From: Raillietiella orientalis
Taxonomy: Eukaryota
Assembly (NCBI GenBank): GCA_036172245.1
Contig: JAYWIR010000021.1
Location: 310,001 to 374,000, forward strand
Length of the DNA stretch: 64,000 bases
Direction of reading: 5' to 3'
Shown here: in pieces, positions 27,101 through 40,284 of the stretch
Numbering within the stretch: position 1 is the stretch's first letter
How the letters are laid out: the number at the start of each line of letters is the position of its first letter
Made by a program: the position numbers and the translations under genes
The notes under the pieces: model-generated
Database searches by the model: none
Told to the model about the DNA's origin: nothing
What the model saw: the letters and a program-made list of their open reading frames with translations, nothing else

Positions 27101-29034
27101 AATCACGGAGCGATGGAATCTGCCGCGGGAAGAAATCTCTGATCTCCGAGACCTTAGTAATTTCAACTCAAGAGAGAGAGCGAACAGCGGCCACTGGCCG
27201 ATCCTTGGCTGCTGGAACGAATCGTCCGCGCACCCTTCGCCCATTTCCTGGAAGGATCTTCTAATTTTCATCCCCACGGTGATTACGGCAGCGTGCGAGT
27301 TCTGGACCATCCTTATTACGCTGGCTTTTGCTCGTTTCGCTCCCAGTGAGGCAGCAGTGACCATTTCCTCGTAAGCAAGGGACTGCTCGGATCTCTTGCA
27401 GAGGTAATAACATGTCTTACATTCTAATGCTTGCAATTTGTGTCTGATTTTTTTTGTTGCGCTTTTTGTTTTCCGTTCTGAGCAAGGTCGCATCCGTCCC
27501 CCACAGGATCTAGGTGACTGCTGTTCAGTTCATTAGTCAGGCAGGGGCTCCTGGTCTGTCGGTTGCAGGACAACCTGAAACCTTGGATTAGCACACCGCT
27601 GCCTCGTAGGAAGATAAATCGAGGAAGCCATTCGGCATCTGTTGCAGACGGCAGTGGCTGTCCCTCAGAATTCTATCCTGCACTCGGAGACTTTCCCATT
27701 CTCCAGGAACCACAGCTGATCTTTTCTTTTCACTGATATTACCACTTACGAATCGTAAAAGTCTCTGAGCCTTCAAAACCTCTTGCATTCATTGACCACA
27801 TCCATCTTTTTTTTTTGGGGGGGGGGGGCTCATTTCTCGAGTTTGGTTTTCCGAACTTTCACCTCTTGAAATTCTCACATTAGGATCCATTTTGTTGTTT
27901 CTCAAGCCAAATTTTGACAGACTTCATCGCAGTTTGAATCTCCTGGCAGTCAACTTTCTTCAAGATGATTTCTTCGAGCTCTTTTCTAAAGGAATGGACA
28001 CCCTCCGCATCACACTGCTCGTCCCGTAGGGCGAAAACATCGGCGATGCTTCTAAACATGGCCTTCTTGTCAGCAGGGCTCCTTCTTCGTACGACCTTTG
28101 CGAGATCGGTTTATCACCTGGGGCCGGGTTGCGCATCTGAGATGCAGCTCCTCAGCATCCTGCGCTTTTTCCGCAGGATGCTGACCTCAGCATCCTGCAT
28201 CATGATGCAACAAACCTCGCACTTGTAGGATCCTTGCGTCTGGAGCCACTCGAGCTAACCCCAACTCTTCTGACGCAATCCGCAGGTATCCCGAGTCCAT
28301 CATGAAATTGGAGTGTTTGCTTGTCTTTGGACAGAGTGCGTATGGATTTCTGGAGGCGACATTCCTCAATGAAATTTTCTTGCGGTCTTGTGTAACTTCT
28401 GTAACGCGAGATGAAGCAAAATAAAAAAAGAGAGAGAGAGGAGAAAGTGAAGTTTAAAGTACCAGATTTCCTTTCACGCTTAGATGCTTATCAGCTTAGT
28501 TCACACCAGAGGTCGTTCTCATAGTTTTCCCTAGCAACCACCATTTCTGTCTGCCTGGAGAGTTTCGATTCCTCCCGCAGGACAATCGCCCTTTTCTTCA
28601 TCAACGAGCGACTTATCTGAAATCCTGGAATGCAGCATTCGCTTCGCAGCTGGATCGGATTTTGTGCGCTGGCTCCTCGCATCCCACCGACCATTATCGA
28701 TGGCTCCTAACTAAGCGATTGCGGAAGCGCTATGGTAACGGAAGTGATGCGGAGTTTGCCTGGCTCGCCGGACGAATGCAGCTCAATTTTCACCCATGTT
28801 TTCGCAGCCCCGCAGAGACTTCATCCCGAAACCAAAGCGCCGTTCCTTTAGAAGGAATCCAGGCGCAGCGAGTTCTCGTTCTACGAGACTCTATATGTTC
28901 TTCGGCAGCTGATGAATCTTTTCGGAACTGTCCATCGTATGGTTTCGTGAAATCACCGCATCCCTCCGCTGCCTCACTAGGATCAGAGAATTCCACAATA
29001 TCTATTTGGCGCGGTACCCCGTGCCTTTCTACTG

Positions 29035-29445
29035 GCGGGATCACCAAGTGCTCAAAAACCGTTCACCTCCTTGGGGGGGACTCACGAAGGCTCTGTTCAC
29101 GCCACCCGAGGGTACGCGTGCAGCCGTTCAAGCTGAATCCAGGAAGGCTCCGGAGGAAGAGCGTCCGTGTCCCTCTTACTCTTGAAGAAAATTTTCATTC
29201 TGGTTGTCCCCGGAAAACATCCGCATCCTCGTTTTCTCCTCTGAAGACGCACTCCGAAGGGACTCTTCCCGATTTCCCTTAAGAAGGCCCCCCGAAGGGA
29301 GCAGAGCACTTCTTTCACTCTGGAGAGACAGACAACCCCTGAAGGGGGGGGGTATCTACCGGCTCCATGGTACCCGCTGGAGGGGAACGGCCCCATTTCC
29401 ACAACCGGAGGGACCACGGAGGGTCAACTTCCAATCCTGGCCAGT
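29035..29445 (-). repeat. Diverged dispersed repeat, inverted relative to 31988-32545
   Basis: The reverse complement aligns collinearly, e.g. CTTCCCGATTTCCCT 29265-29279 = rc of 32201-32215 and CACAACCGGAGGG 29400-29412 = rc of 32059-32071, plus several further blocks. Confidence 0.85.
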
Positions 29446-31060
29446 AAAACGCGGACCATAAGTGGGATCCCTTTCGCACTCTGAAGGAATGCGCAGGTGG
29501 TTGACGTTTCCGTGGAAGCATCCAGAAATTTCGTGCCACGCTGGAGACTCCTCCGCGAAGAATCGGACCTCCCTTCTTGAGGTCCGTCCTGTGTATAGAC
29601 GAGCTTCCTGGTTTCTTAAATCTACGAGAGCCATCAAGTTGGTCCATGGAGTCTGTCGATGCAGCCGAACGAAACTGCCTGGCGAACAAAATGGACAGCC
29701 ACGTGGTGGAAGGGCGAACCTCATTTGTAGATGACCCCCTGTCCTTCCGCCTTTCGGAAAAGGTGAGAGTTCACGCGATGTACGATATTCGCGTCATTCA
29801 AAATGGCCACTCCGTTAACCTCGATGGGAACAGCTGATTTGAATCTCCGGACCCACCGAGCGTTCTGGCGCGCTGCACCATCTGGTCCGCTTTTTGGGAG
29901 CTCATGGAAGACAGATCCATGGCACAGTGATGAATGAGAGACGAGCATGTCGAGGAAACTGCGATGCTTTCAAAGAAGCGTTTCCAGAGCGACGGAGCGG
30001 GCACGCATTGCTCCTGGCAAACAGAAATCCCGTCCGCCCCAACGGTCTGCAGACGGAGAAATCGAAGGGAGAATCTTTGTCCGCGATGGTTCCGGAGGCC
30101 TTCTGGGTCCTTCCGGAAACGCAGGGGATCAGCAGCGTGTTCTTTGGAAGTGTTTTCGGAAACGGGTGCGGGCACGGTGTTCGTTTGGGTGAACGGACAC
30201 GTGGTCACCTCAAACCGCACTCGCGCAACTTTTCTCGAAGAGCCAATCGGACTTGGTGATCCGAAAACTCCTTGCGCGGAACTCTGTCAGAACAGACGGA
30301 TGGAATGAGGATGGTCGTGCTAAATGAAGCAGAAATCTTTTGCTTATCAAACCGGCGCCCAATTAGGAGGCAGCGGCAACTCGGCTGCTGGAGGTGGGAA
30401 GAGTTGAATGCGCCGCGGTTCCTCGGCGGGCGTCTGAAGGAAGTTTTCCCGTTCGAGGTTCCACCCGTTGCGAACGATGGGGAAGACGACAAAGAGAGCG
30501 TGGGCGGGAGAGAGGATGAACTCGGCCGAGTCGCAGCAGAAGTTGCAGCTGCCCGTTTTCCCGCTCAGCGGAATCTGACAGGCGTCGATGGTGCTCGATG
30601 CACGAACAGATCAGAGAGCGCTCTTTGATCAAACTGTTGCAAGTAGCTCGCCTCCTCTACTTTTCTTTCTTTCTTTTTTTTTTCCCCCCTTCCCGTCTCG
30701 GTCTCCTGCGAGATTGAAAACTGTCCTCGGAAATATGCTAAGCTGAACTAGCAGGAGCTAAGATCTTCTACGTCTACCAAGATTAATGGGTTCTTTTTTT
30801 TGACATACTTTTCTTGGAGCGGATCCGCATGGCAAGAAGCGCTTGCAGTGTTCCCACAGTGCACCAGCATGAGAAGCCTACCCGACCTTCGCATCATTTC
30901 TCTTTTACTCATTGTTTTCTTCTTTCGTTACCTCCCCTCCGACGGTTCTCATTTTCCACAAAGGGGTGCAGCGGAAAAACACCACGGCGTGGTCACTTTT
31001 TGCGAGCGCATTTCTACGCCGTAGAATGGAACGGGCAGGGCGCCATTGGCGTTCGAGCAC

Positions 31061-31093
31061 GGGGGAAAAAGGGGGAAAAAGGGGGAAAAAAAA
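31061..31093 (+). repeat. (GGGGGAAAAA)x3 tandem repeat
   Basis: Three perfect 10-bp units. Confidence 0.9.
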
Positions 31094-31780
31094 GGAACTT
31101 GCAGCCTCAGATTGGGTCTGTCTTCTTCCATCGCTTCAGCGTCGGAAGAAGTAGATATGAGCCCCCCCCCCCCTTCCTCCAAGTGCAGCAGGAACTCCGC
31201 ATCCGTCCGCAGACCCGAAGGCCTTTCTGCCTAGCAGCGCATCCCGATTCCGCCCTTGCAAACGGGCGCCGCGGGACGTCGGTGGGCGACCTTGTCTCTG
31301 CCCCCTCCGAGAAGGCAGACCCGAGCTTCCCACGCCGAACGCCGCCCTGCCGGAGCGCACTCTTCCCATGAAGCCAGAGATGCTTGGAGGTCGGGCGCTG
31401 CTTCCCATCTTGCTCGGTTTCCTGGGGAACCCGAATCGAAACCGCCAAAGCGCAAGACGAGTTTGCTCTGCGAGGAGCGTGGGAGACCTCCAGCGAGAGG
31501 AACAACTCCAAACAGTTCTTGGGAAGAGGCCATCACCCGTGGTGAGACGAGCACTTTTGCAGGTACCGGTGGACCGAAGAGGACTTTTAACTCCCTCGGA
31601 AACTCTCTGGATCCGCTAGTGCTAGTCATGGCAACCTAGATCAGAGGGCGCTCAAGAGGTTGCATTCCGGGTGGGTTTTGAAGTTTCTTCTAGGGTGCCA
31701 GACCTCAGTGGCGCCCTGAAAATCCACGCAGCACAGGAGCAGCTCTCTTCAATCTGCCAAAAAAGTGCGCCCGCGTGGAC

Positions 31781-31848
31781 GGCCGTGAGGCTGCTGCGTG
31801 ACTCGCGTGTGACACCGAAGCATCGCGGGTTCGAATCCCGCCACTGGG
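31781..31848 (+). pseudogene. Degenerate tRNA-His(GUG)-like sequence: tRNA pseudogene or tRNA-derived SINE head
   Basis: Perfect T-arm GCGGG-TTCGAAT-CCCGC (31825-31841). The 5' end GCCGTGA and the segment ACTC-GCGT-GTG resemble eukaryotic tRNA-His as recalled from memory. D-arm/A-box and anticodon stem are disrupted. Confidence 0.5.
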
Positions 31849-31987
31849 GGAAGCATCGACGACGAGAACGAGGGGGTTGCGTCGTGGTTTCTGAGGTCTC
31901 CCCCCTCCCACACACACAAGATGACGCCGGTTGGCCCCTGTTGGCTCTGGGAGCTGCACTGGTGGAAGCAGCCGGATGTCCCCGCTG

Positions 31988-32545
31988 ACTAGCCGGGACT
32001 GGAAGTAGACCCTCCGGGGTCCTTCCACGAATCGAGGAGCCCTTCGAGGTTAACACTCCCCTCCGGTTGTGAAAAGGGAGCCGCCTATTTGCTTGGGGCG
32101 AACCTTCCATTGACTACTATGGAGCTGGTTGATACCTCCCCCGGGAGTTGCCTCTCCAGAGTATTAAGAAGCCCGCCGCTCCCTTCAGGAAGCGTCTTTC
32201 AGGGAAATCGGGAAGCATCCGTTCGGGGTTCTCTTTAGAGAAAGAAACGAGGAGTGGGTCCTTTCCAAGGATCCCTCCTGGAAGGAAACGGGGAGCAGTC
32301 CCCTCTAAGAGGACTCTCAGGAGAGAACGAGGAAGAGAGAGGAGGTTCCCTTTGGGATTCCCCTACCAAGCCTGAGAGGTACGATTCCCTCCTCCAGAGC
32401 CTGCCTGGATTCGCAGGGTGGTCCCCTCTCGGGGTACTCCCAAACTGGAAGTTACATGAGCTCTAGGGTGGTGCGGACAGGGGCTTTGAAACCTCCCCCC
32501 CTCCAAGGGGGCGAACGGATCTTTTGGGTTCTTAGCAGACCCCCA
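31988..32545 (+). repeat. Diverged dispersed repeat, partner of 29035-29445 (has extra internal segments)
   Basis: ACTAGCCGGGACTGGAAGTAGACCCTCCGGGGTCC vs ACTGGCCAGGATTGGAAGTTGACCCTCCGTGGTCC; CTCTCCAGAGT; GCTCCCTTC; CCTCCAGAGCCTGCCTGGATTC vs CCTCCGGAGCCTTCCTGGATTC. Confidence 0.85.
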
Positions 32546-34731
32546 AAAAAGAATGAAATTGGAAGAAGACCCACGCGCAAGACGTATAACACGGGAGGAC
32601 GAAAATTCCCTTCCCTGTAGGGAGAATCGCGTTTCTTCCCAATACCCCTGCACGAAGATGGACCGAGTTCAGGAAGCGCTTCGCAAAGGACTCTTCACCT
32701 TTGACCCAAGGCACAAGCGAGCGACCAGGTGGCCATAGAGAGCGCGATAGGCACTCCGTGTGTCTGGATATCTCGGTTTCCATCCCTCCGAGTAGCGGAT
32801 GGCCCTCTCCCTCTTCGAATGCTTTCGGGAATCGGCATCTGGGAACGGGACTTAGCCGGCTAGACGGAGAGAAAAATTCAACTCGTTGCGGCATTCCCGA
32901 GGACCGGAAAGAAGCATCCAAGAAGGCAGCCAACAGTTCAGCAGGGAACCGTTCTCTGCGAGGACTGCACCTTGCGGTTGCCAACGAGGAGAGCCATCCG
33001 TGGCTGAGACCCCGAGTCGTCGCTCATCCAGCGGCCTTTACAGGGTCTTCCAGCAGACAGATATTCATGCTGATTCTAAGGAAGACTCCTCGCATTTTCG
33101 GAGCGGGATCACAGTGGTGACCTCTAGACAAGAAAGGATCCCATGTCATCACTGGTCGCTGCACTGACCCGAGATTGCCTGAAGCCCACAGCTTGCAGCC
33201 CTCTTGCGGCCGTCTACAACCTCTTTTTCTGGGTCCGACTCCAACGAGAAAAGGAACCAACCCGAGATCTCTGATGCTGGCGAAAGGCCCTCTGGCAATC
33301 CACACCCGAACTCCGCACTCTTCATCGCACATCCTCATCTTTCCGCAGTCGCCATCTTCATCTTCGATGCGTTCCATCTGCATCCTCCACCGAGCTGCTC
33401 TGGAGGGGCGCTTCGAGTCGCCTGAGGTGCACACCATCTCGTTGGGGCTCCCACGGCCAAACGGGAGCCCAGCAAATCCCAGCCCTCTTCTCGCTCTCGA
33501 AATTCCGATCGAGGGGCATCCGCCCCCCCTCGGAAAGGTTTCCCTTTCCTTTCGGAATCCACAGCTTCCGGTGAACCTTGTGACGGTCTTCTCCGGAAAT
33601 CGCCGCTCGTGCTGAAGTCGGGAACTTCGGGAATCCTTGGGTCTCGAGTACGTGTTTCGCGACTCCCCCGCGCACCTCGCTCGCGTGCGTTTCGTTTTCC
33701 TTCGCTCGCTGCTCCGTGTTCTCGCCCTCGTGAGCGAATCGGCCTTCAGTAACTGAATTTGGGGGCGACTGCCCTCTGTGGGGAGTACAAGAGGGTTTCG
33801 CGTCCTCACGATCGGAATTGGTCCGCCGAGTTCAGGAGAATTCCCCGCCCCACTCACCGCGTCTTGGAAGCGAAGCGAATGCCCCCTGGCCCGGTGTATC
33901 GAAACGCACGAGCTGAAACACCGCACACGTCTGCTGAGCGCTTGGCAGGCGGAAGGACAAAGCCAGCGGCCACCTCGCTAACGCCGCGGGGACGTGGCGC
34001 GTGCGGGTCACCCGCAGCTGCTGGTTCCAAAACGCGGCCTCTGGGAAAAGAAGGAAAGAAAAAAAGCAAACGGTGCGGCACAAGGCGTGGGAGCTCGAAA
34101 GATCACCGTTTCCTTGCTTTTGATCCATATGATCATTAGCAAGCTACCCTCCGCCGAGTTTCCTTGAGACGTGGTTGAGAGGCAACGCAAGGACAAGGAA
34201 TTCCTTTATCCATGGCTACAAGACGCATCCTCAATGCAAAGTTTGCGCGCTCGTGATCAGGCGCGATCCGGTTGCCAGCCACCCGCAGCTGGAAACCGTT
34301 CGGCATCCGCCGCCGCACCGTGAGCCCTAGCAAGGTGGGTCCGAGGACAGGGAGCCTTCCTGGAGCTCCTCTCATCTTCCGACGGAAGTAACATCAAGGT
34401 CTTGCGGACTTCAAACGAATCCGCAACAACCCTGAGGTGGACCGAGGACAACTGCGGGATGTCTTCGCTCCAGGCGCACTGGGTTGCCCTACAGGTTCCC
34501 AGGTGCTCTTCCTGTTCCAGCTACACCATTCGCCATATTACATCCTCCCCGGTTCCCTGAGCTGCTTTCCTGCTGCCATTCCGGGAACGGGTTTTGCACG
34601 AGCTCATCCAAGACAAAAGGCGGATGGAAAGTCAGTATATCAGTCGCTTTCTTCCTCGAGGGACAGGAGCAGCTGGGAACGCGCTGGAAAATCACGTGGG
34701 GATCGCCTTGGGCACTTTATGAAACCACTGA

Positions 34732-34782
34732 AGAACACGGATGGAGGAGAACACGGATGGAGGAGAACACGGATGGAGGAGA
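34732..34782 (+). repeat. Minisatellite (AGAACACGGATGGAGG)x3 plus partial copy
   Basis: Three perfect head-to-tail 16-bp units. Confidence 0.95.
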
Positions 34783-35102
34783 GGACGGGGGCATCAAGGC
34801 GAGAAAGGCAAACCTTGTGCCCACGCACGGAGCGGCCGCTCCGGCGCCACGGGATGCACTGAAAAGCCACATCCCAGTTACGGTGCAAAGCACCACCCTT
34901 ACCGAGGAGGCGGCGCGCGCCCCCGTGGGAACCGCAAGCGCACGCTGCTGGAGAGTTTCCGAGGGAAGAGACGGCTGCACGCAGAGTCAGGCCGAGGCGC
35001 GCGTGGCTGGTCAGCAGCATCGGAAGAGGCTTTGGGCGTCTCTGCAAGCCGACCGGCTGCACAGCCGTCTGACCACAGGGATGCGGCCGCAGAACGTCTG
35101 AG

Positions 35103-35420
35103 CCGTGCGGAGATGGGCGAAGCCCGAAAAAGAAAAAGAAAAAAACAGGATATCCCGGGACGAATGTTGCGGTGAATGTTTGGGTGTGAAAAAGGGACAG
35201 CTGCGAGTCCGTCTGTCCGAGAAGACCGTTTGAGAGCGGAGTGTTGGGTAGGGAGGGCAGAAGGAGCCTCCTCAACAGGGAAACGAGCGATTTCCTGCTG
35301 ACGGGCGAGGATGCGGGAAGGACGAGACAGGAAACGAAGTCATCAAAGGAAGGGGAATAAGAAATCGGGGAGCGTCGGGACAATCTGCGCAGACACCCGA
35401 AAGACGAAGCCTGTTCTTCG
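35103..35420 (+). repeat. Dispersed repeat, inverted partner at 44195-44470
   Basis: Exact inverted matches: 33 bp 35293-35325/44296-44328, 23 bp 35111-35133/44440-44462, 19 bp 35273-35291/44330-44348. Confidence 0.9.
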
Positions 35421-38400
35421 ACAGGAAAGCAGCTCTTGACGAGATCAGTCCAGGAGAAAGACCAACATGTGATGGACTTTGGTCCCTCGTGGGAAACATC
35501 GCCTTGCGCTTATCGGACGGAGCGGAAGGAAACACCTCAGAGAAGAGCGCCGCCTTCCACCACCCTCCCCGTCAGGGGCGTCGATGGATTCAGATGACGG
35601 CCCCCACTTGCTGACTCCACACTGCGCATCATGGGAGGGCATCGCTGGCAGGATGGAAGGGTTGGCTCGGGGAGCGCGGATGAAGGTCTTCACACTAGGC
35701 AGATCGCGGACCTCGAAAGGTAGGTGGCCCCTTGCATTGACACGGAGCGTTGCCTCAGTCAGCGTCACACTCGAACGAGCAAAGCAGCACGCCTCGCGCA
35801 CGCCAGCATCCGAACAGCAGACGACAAACGTTGAACAAAAGCGGCGTTCCGACGGCGGGGGGGAGGCTGAGCAGATTTTGCTTACGTGGAGCGAGGAGAC
35901 GCCGGAAGCGAAGCAGCCGGGGGGAGGGGAAGGGGGACCGTAGCGCGCGAACGAGGATGAACTCTGGAAGATCCGCGACTACGCGATCTGGGCAGAGCTC
36001 TTGCAGAGGACACTTGGCCGCACCGCACTGTGGGACCCAAGGAAAAGAGTTTGGCATTGGCTGCCAGTGATGAAGCAGAATGGGCCGCTGAAGTGGTGAC
36101 CCCGTCCGAGCAAACGGAATTCGAGCCCCTCGGCTGGAGCGACAGAGTGTGACTGCAGGGAGACGCGTAGGAAGCACTTCGGCTCCATGGGTGGGGGTCT
36201 CCGGAAGCTCCTACGAACGGTTCTTGCGCATGTTTTTTTCGGCCGTGTCAAGATGGAAACGCACCGGAAATGTTGGTGGGAGGCACCCAGCAAACTGATG
36301 AGGGAAGCTGCCGTGGCTTTTCGGTCTCGTGAGCTCCGCAGAAGGACTGCTGAAACCCACGAGAGTGACGGAGCAGCTTGAGGATCTCTGTGCGGCTAAG
36401 CGTCCGTCTGGAAGAGATTGCTTCGAACGTGAAACTGGAACCCTCCAGAGGAAGCAACCGGAAATCAAAAGGACACCGGTAAACAAAGAACTCCTGCAGT
36501 AACCAAGGTTAAAGAGCCAGATGCCAAAGTACGCTACGAAAGAAACAAAAGAATAAGTAGAAATGGGAGTGACAGTGATCAGATATCAACAGACCACTCC
36601 TTGAAGAGAAGAATATGCAAATTAAAGTGGATTCATGTTCCCCACCGACAATTAGAATAGAAAACAAAGAAATTGGAAAGCTCGTGGATGCAGTTATCCT
36701 CGAATTCCGAGCGCGGGCGGCACCAATGGGCATCGTGTTTTGTTTGGAGAAGAGATCCGTGAAACAACTCCAGGCTAGGAAAGGTCCACGCATCAGCACG
36801 ACAGCATCATCGCAAGCGGAAATCAAAGACGCGGCGACCAGTACGAGCCCGAGCATGACTTCCTTAACATTCCTGCTGACTTCAGTGTCAGCCGCTAATT
36901 ACAGTCCTGTCACTAAACCTGATTAATTTGCCAGTCATAATATTTACGTGTCGGTCATCAATCAATCAATAATTGCATCGCTGCTTGCTCCATATTGCAT
37001 GATTGCTGTATTACATCATCGTAATGGAAGCGTTTCCATCTCATTCGATTTTGTCGAACCCGAAGGAAGGAACACAAAGGAAAGAACACGGAAACACTTT
37101 GTGAGCGCAAAAGATTTGCGCAAGCGTTAGGAAAGGCACGAGGGAGTGCTGCACTCGGAAAATTACATCCTCCCGCTGCTTCCATATGGGCGAGTGCGTA
37201 AAATATGCGCGTGTCAATTAACCGAGAGCGTTCATTCATGAAAAAGCTGATCCCATTCAAAGGGAAAGAGTCTCCTTTCCCCCTTTTTCGAGGGAGAGCA
37301 ATACCGAATCGAGGATGCTGCGAGCTGCCAGCGTGTGGAAGGACACGGTCCAGAAAGGGAGAACTCCTCCGTTTCATCTGTCTCGTCTAAATAGAAGGAA
37401 TCCGTCTTGGCGAATGATCTTGACCTCCACACTGCTAGGCAACGTGCTCATGTGTACCCTTTCTCAACCATCTGGTGATTCGTCATCATCTTAATTGCTG
37501 CATCTTTTGTATTTGCAGACGCACACCTATGCGTGGAAGGAGTAGGGAAGAGCTGGATCAAGATTGATCTCACGGTGCGCGTTGCGTAAATGAGAGCACG
37601 GGGAGCCGCACCGACCACCCGAAAGCACCGTGGAAAAAACTTCCCTCCCCCCCTCCCACACTTGTGTGCGCAGCAGCACGGGGAAGACGTCTTCGCAGCC
37701 TCCCCATCCGCGCTAAGCCGATTATCTGGTTTGATGCATCTTCCTGGAAATGCCAGTTTCTGTGTTGACTTGTGGAGGGGTCTGAGAATCGGAATCGTCC
37801 TGCAAACGGACGGCACTTTTGCAAGAAAAAAAAAGAAAATGCCCATAGGAAACTCCCATTTTCAAAGCACCAGAAGCATCGAACATCATCCCGTCCATCT
37901 CGTACACTTTCACTTATCAGACTTCACCAAGAGCTTCATGCTCGACAAATAATAAAAACGAATAATTTACGATAACTGTTGTCCTTCTCGATTCTCGCCC
38001 TGCAGCTCTGACGATCCCATTCCCGGCGATCCCACCCTTCCCACGTTGAAAAATGCTTATTCAGCAACCCGAGAATTCTACCATTCCGCCGCATTCTCGG
38101 TCCTTTCAAATTGCTTGGGGGCAGTTGTCACCATGCGTCCTGAGGCCACCAAAACGACGACAAAGAACTCCCGCGCAACCACCCCAACCAACCGCTTCCG
38201 CAACCCAGGCGCCCTTCATCTCATCACGTACGTGGTCCGTAACCACCTCCCAACAGTGCACACTCTCGTACCGAATCATTCCGTACACACAGCTGCTTCT
38301 CCAAATCTGTAGAAGTGCAATCTAAGAAGTTCTGCCGGCCTCCATCTTTGCTCCTTTGGTTTTCGGAGGCTTCGAGACCGAAGCGACGGAAGGCGGCAGA

Positions 38401-39469
38401 ACGGAAAGCTTCCTCCGGCACGGAAGATATTCGGATACGTATCGGTGCCACAAATGAAAATGGGAGCACGGAAACCGGACTGCTGCATAGGAAACGTTCC
38501 TGGAACCACGCGTTTCCCCGACAACCTGGATTTTCGTTGTCCCGCCAGTGCACGTGAGGTCCCTTCACACCTCTGCCCCCTACCACGGGCCTTCGAATGC
38601 TTTGTCTCGTGAAGCCGATTGGCGAGCGTTCTCCGGTGGCTGGCTCGGTTCCTGGGGAGGCAGAACCCTCGTGTGAGAAAGGATGCTGATCCCGTGGGTG
38701 CAGCGTCCCCGGACGTGCACCAGCAGCTTCTTGGATCGTTCGGGAAAGCCGCAATGCGATCTCCACTGAACAAAGTTCCTAAAGAGCTTTTCCAGCATTC
38801 CACACCCCGATCGTGAGCTTCGCTGTGTGGTCGCCTTTTCTTGCGCTTTTCTTGGACATAAGGTATCAAAACGGGAACCTGGCAGGCATCACCGCAAGTA
38901 TGAGAAGCTGATGAATATTTATATCCTTTTAATCCGAAGCGTACTTTTTATCGAGGATTGCTGTTGGTAAGTGAGCAAGTTTTTCTGTACGGAACTACTT
39001 TCAGTCATCGATCAACCGTAAACTCGTCTGGTACGACGCGTTCCCGTGGTTTTCTCCTGTCTCGTCACGCGGTTCACCAAACCTTTATGAGATTTTTGCT
39101 ACATTTCGCAGGCTCACGATGAGCGAGCGCCGTCCTCACACTGCCTCGTCCACGTTTTACACCACCACCACCACCACCGCAACCGCGCGCGCACAGGAAG
39201 AGCGGGCATTGCTGAAGAACCGAGCAGCGTTATCTTTCGAATCGATCCGTCGGTGCACCGTCTCGAGTTCACGTAGCAGATGACTTCCTCAGTTTGCGGA
39301 GACGAGAGGGCTCGGTTTCCATATTTGACTCCTGTGTGGTGTCATTTGAAAAACACCAATGCCCGTTCGAACCTCTTCCCTCAGGAAAGGTGTCCGACTT
39401 TCCCGTCTCTCATGCTGCTCGAGCTCCCGACGACCGAGCGATGGGAATCGAAGACACGATGTTCGGTCT

Positions 39470-40284
39470 TTAGCGAGTAAGAGAGTGTGTGGTTGTCTTG
39501 AAGAAAGCATCTGCTGTTTTAGGAGGCGCTCCCAGCGAATGAATCATCATCATCGTCATCGAGGTTCTCTCGTGAGTCTCCCGGAAAGATAACGGGCGCT
39601 CAAACGATGCGGAGGACGCTGCTCGCAGATTCGCTTCAGGGGGGGCGGGGGGGCCTTCCTGCTCGCCAAGTCGGGACGGAACTCGGCCAGTCGGCAGCAC
39701 AGCGAACTTCAGAAATGCCTGAAGGCCACGCCGAGTGCCCCTTTCAGGATCCGATGCGAGTAGGAAGTTTGGCCTGTCAGTCGGCAATCGGGTCCAGGGA
39801 TCCAGTTCTTCCACTCGGAAGGTTTCTTGCAGGTTGTCATGTCCGCCTGAGGATAAAATGCAAGGAACACTCGTGTGGCGCCCGAGTTCAAGGTCATCCG
39901 CAACCAGATACTTCGGAATCAGCTTCGGGCCCGTACTTCTTGATGAACTGTCCGGGGCACCCTTTGGACCTTTGGCAGTGTCTTTCGCAGGGCGGTGATC
40001 TTGGCAAGCCAAAAAGGCGGATCGGTTGAAGTTGCCCATATGTATGTCCAGAAGGCTCGCTCCCCCGCCAGAGTGAGGAGGAACTTCCGGGAGCTCCAGC
40101 TCGACTTGAGTTGCTTTCGACGCCGTCCTCTCGAGCCTGCGACTCGCTATCGCGCGAGGCAGACGGATCCTTCCCACACCGATGCTGGGTCCAGCGAAGA
40201 ACGGAAAAGACTTGACCACGGGCTCAAGATCGGTGTTGCTCGGATTCGTTTCTGAAGTCACACACGAGAGCGGGATCTCTTCTT
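39470..40284 (-). CDS. Candidate coding exon, unknown product
   Basis: 263-aa ORF in moderate-GC DNA, extendable to acceptor CCTTCCAG (exon start 40284). Balanced, protein-like composition. No domain recognised. Confidence 0.25.

Noticed and set aside
27926..28253. RING-CH/zinc-finger-like LEWLQTQGSYKCEVC plus a downstream helical peptide (minus)
   Set aside because: Other metal ligands are absent, in-frame stops flank and interrupt it, and it overlaps the palindrome cluster.
34732..34782. Regular 16-bp repeats as a CRISPR array
   Set aside because: Head-to-tail with no spacers, no cas genes, eukaryotic context.
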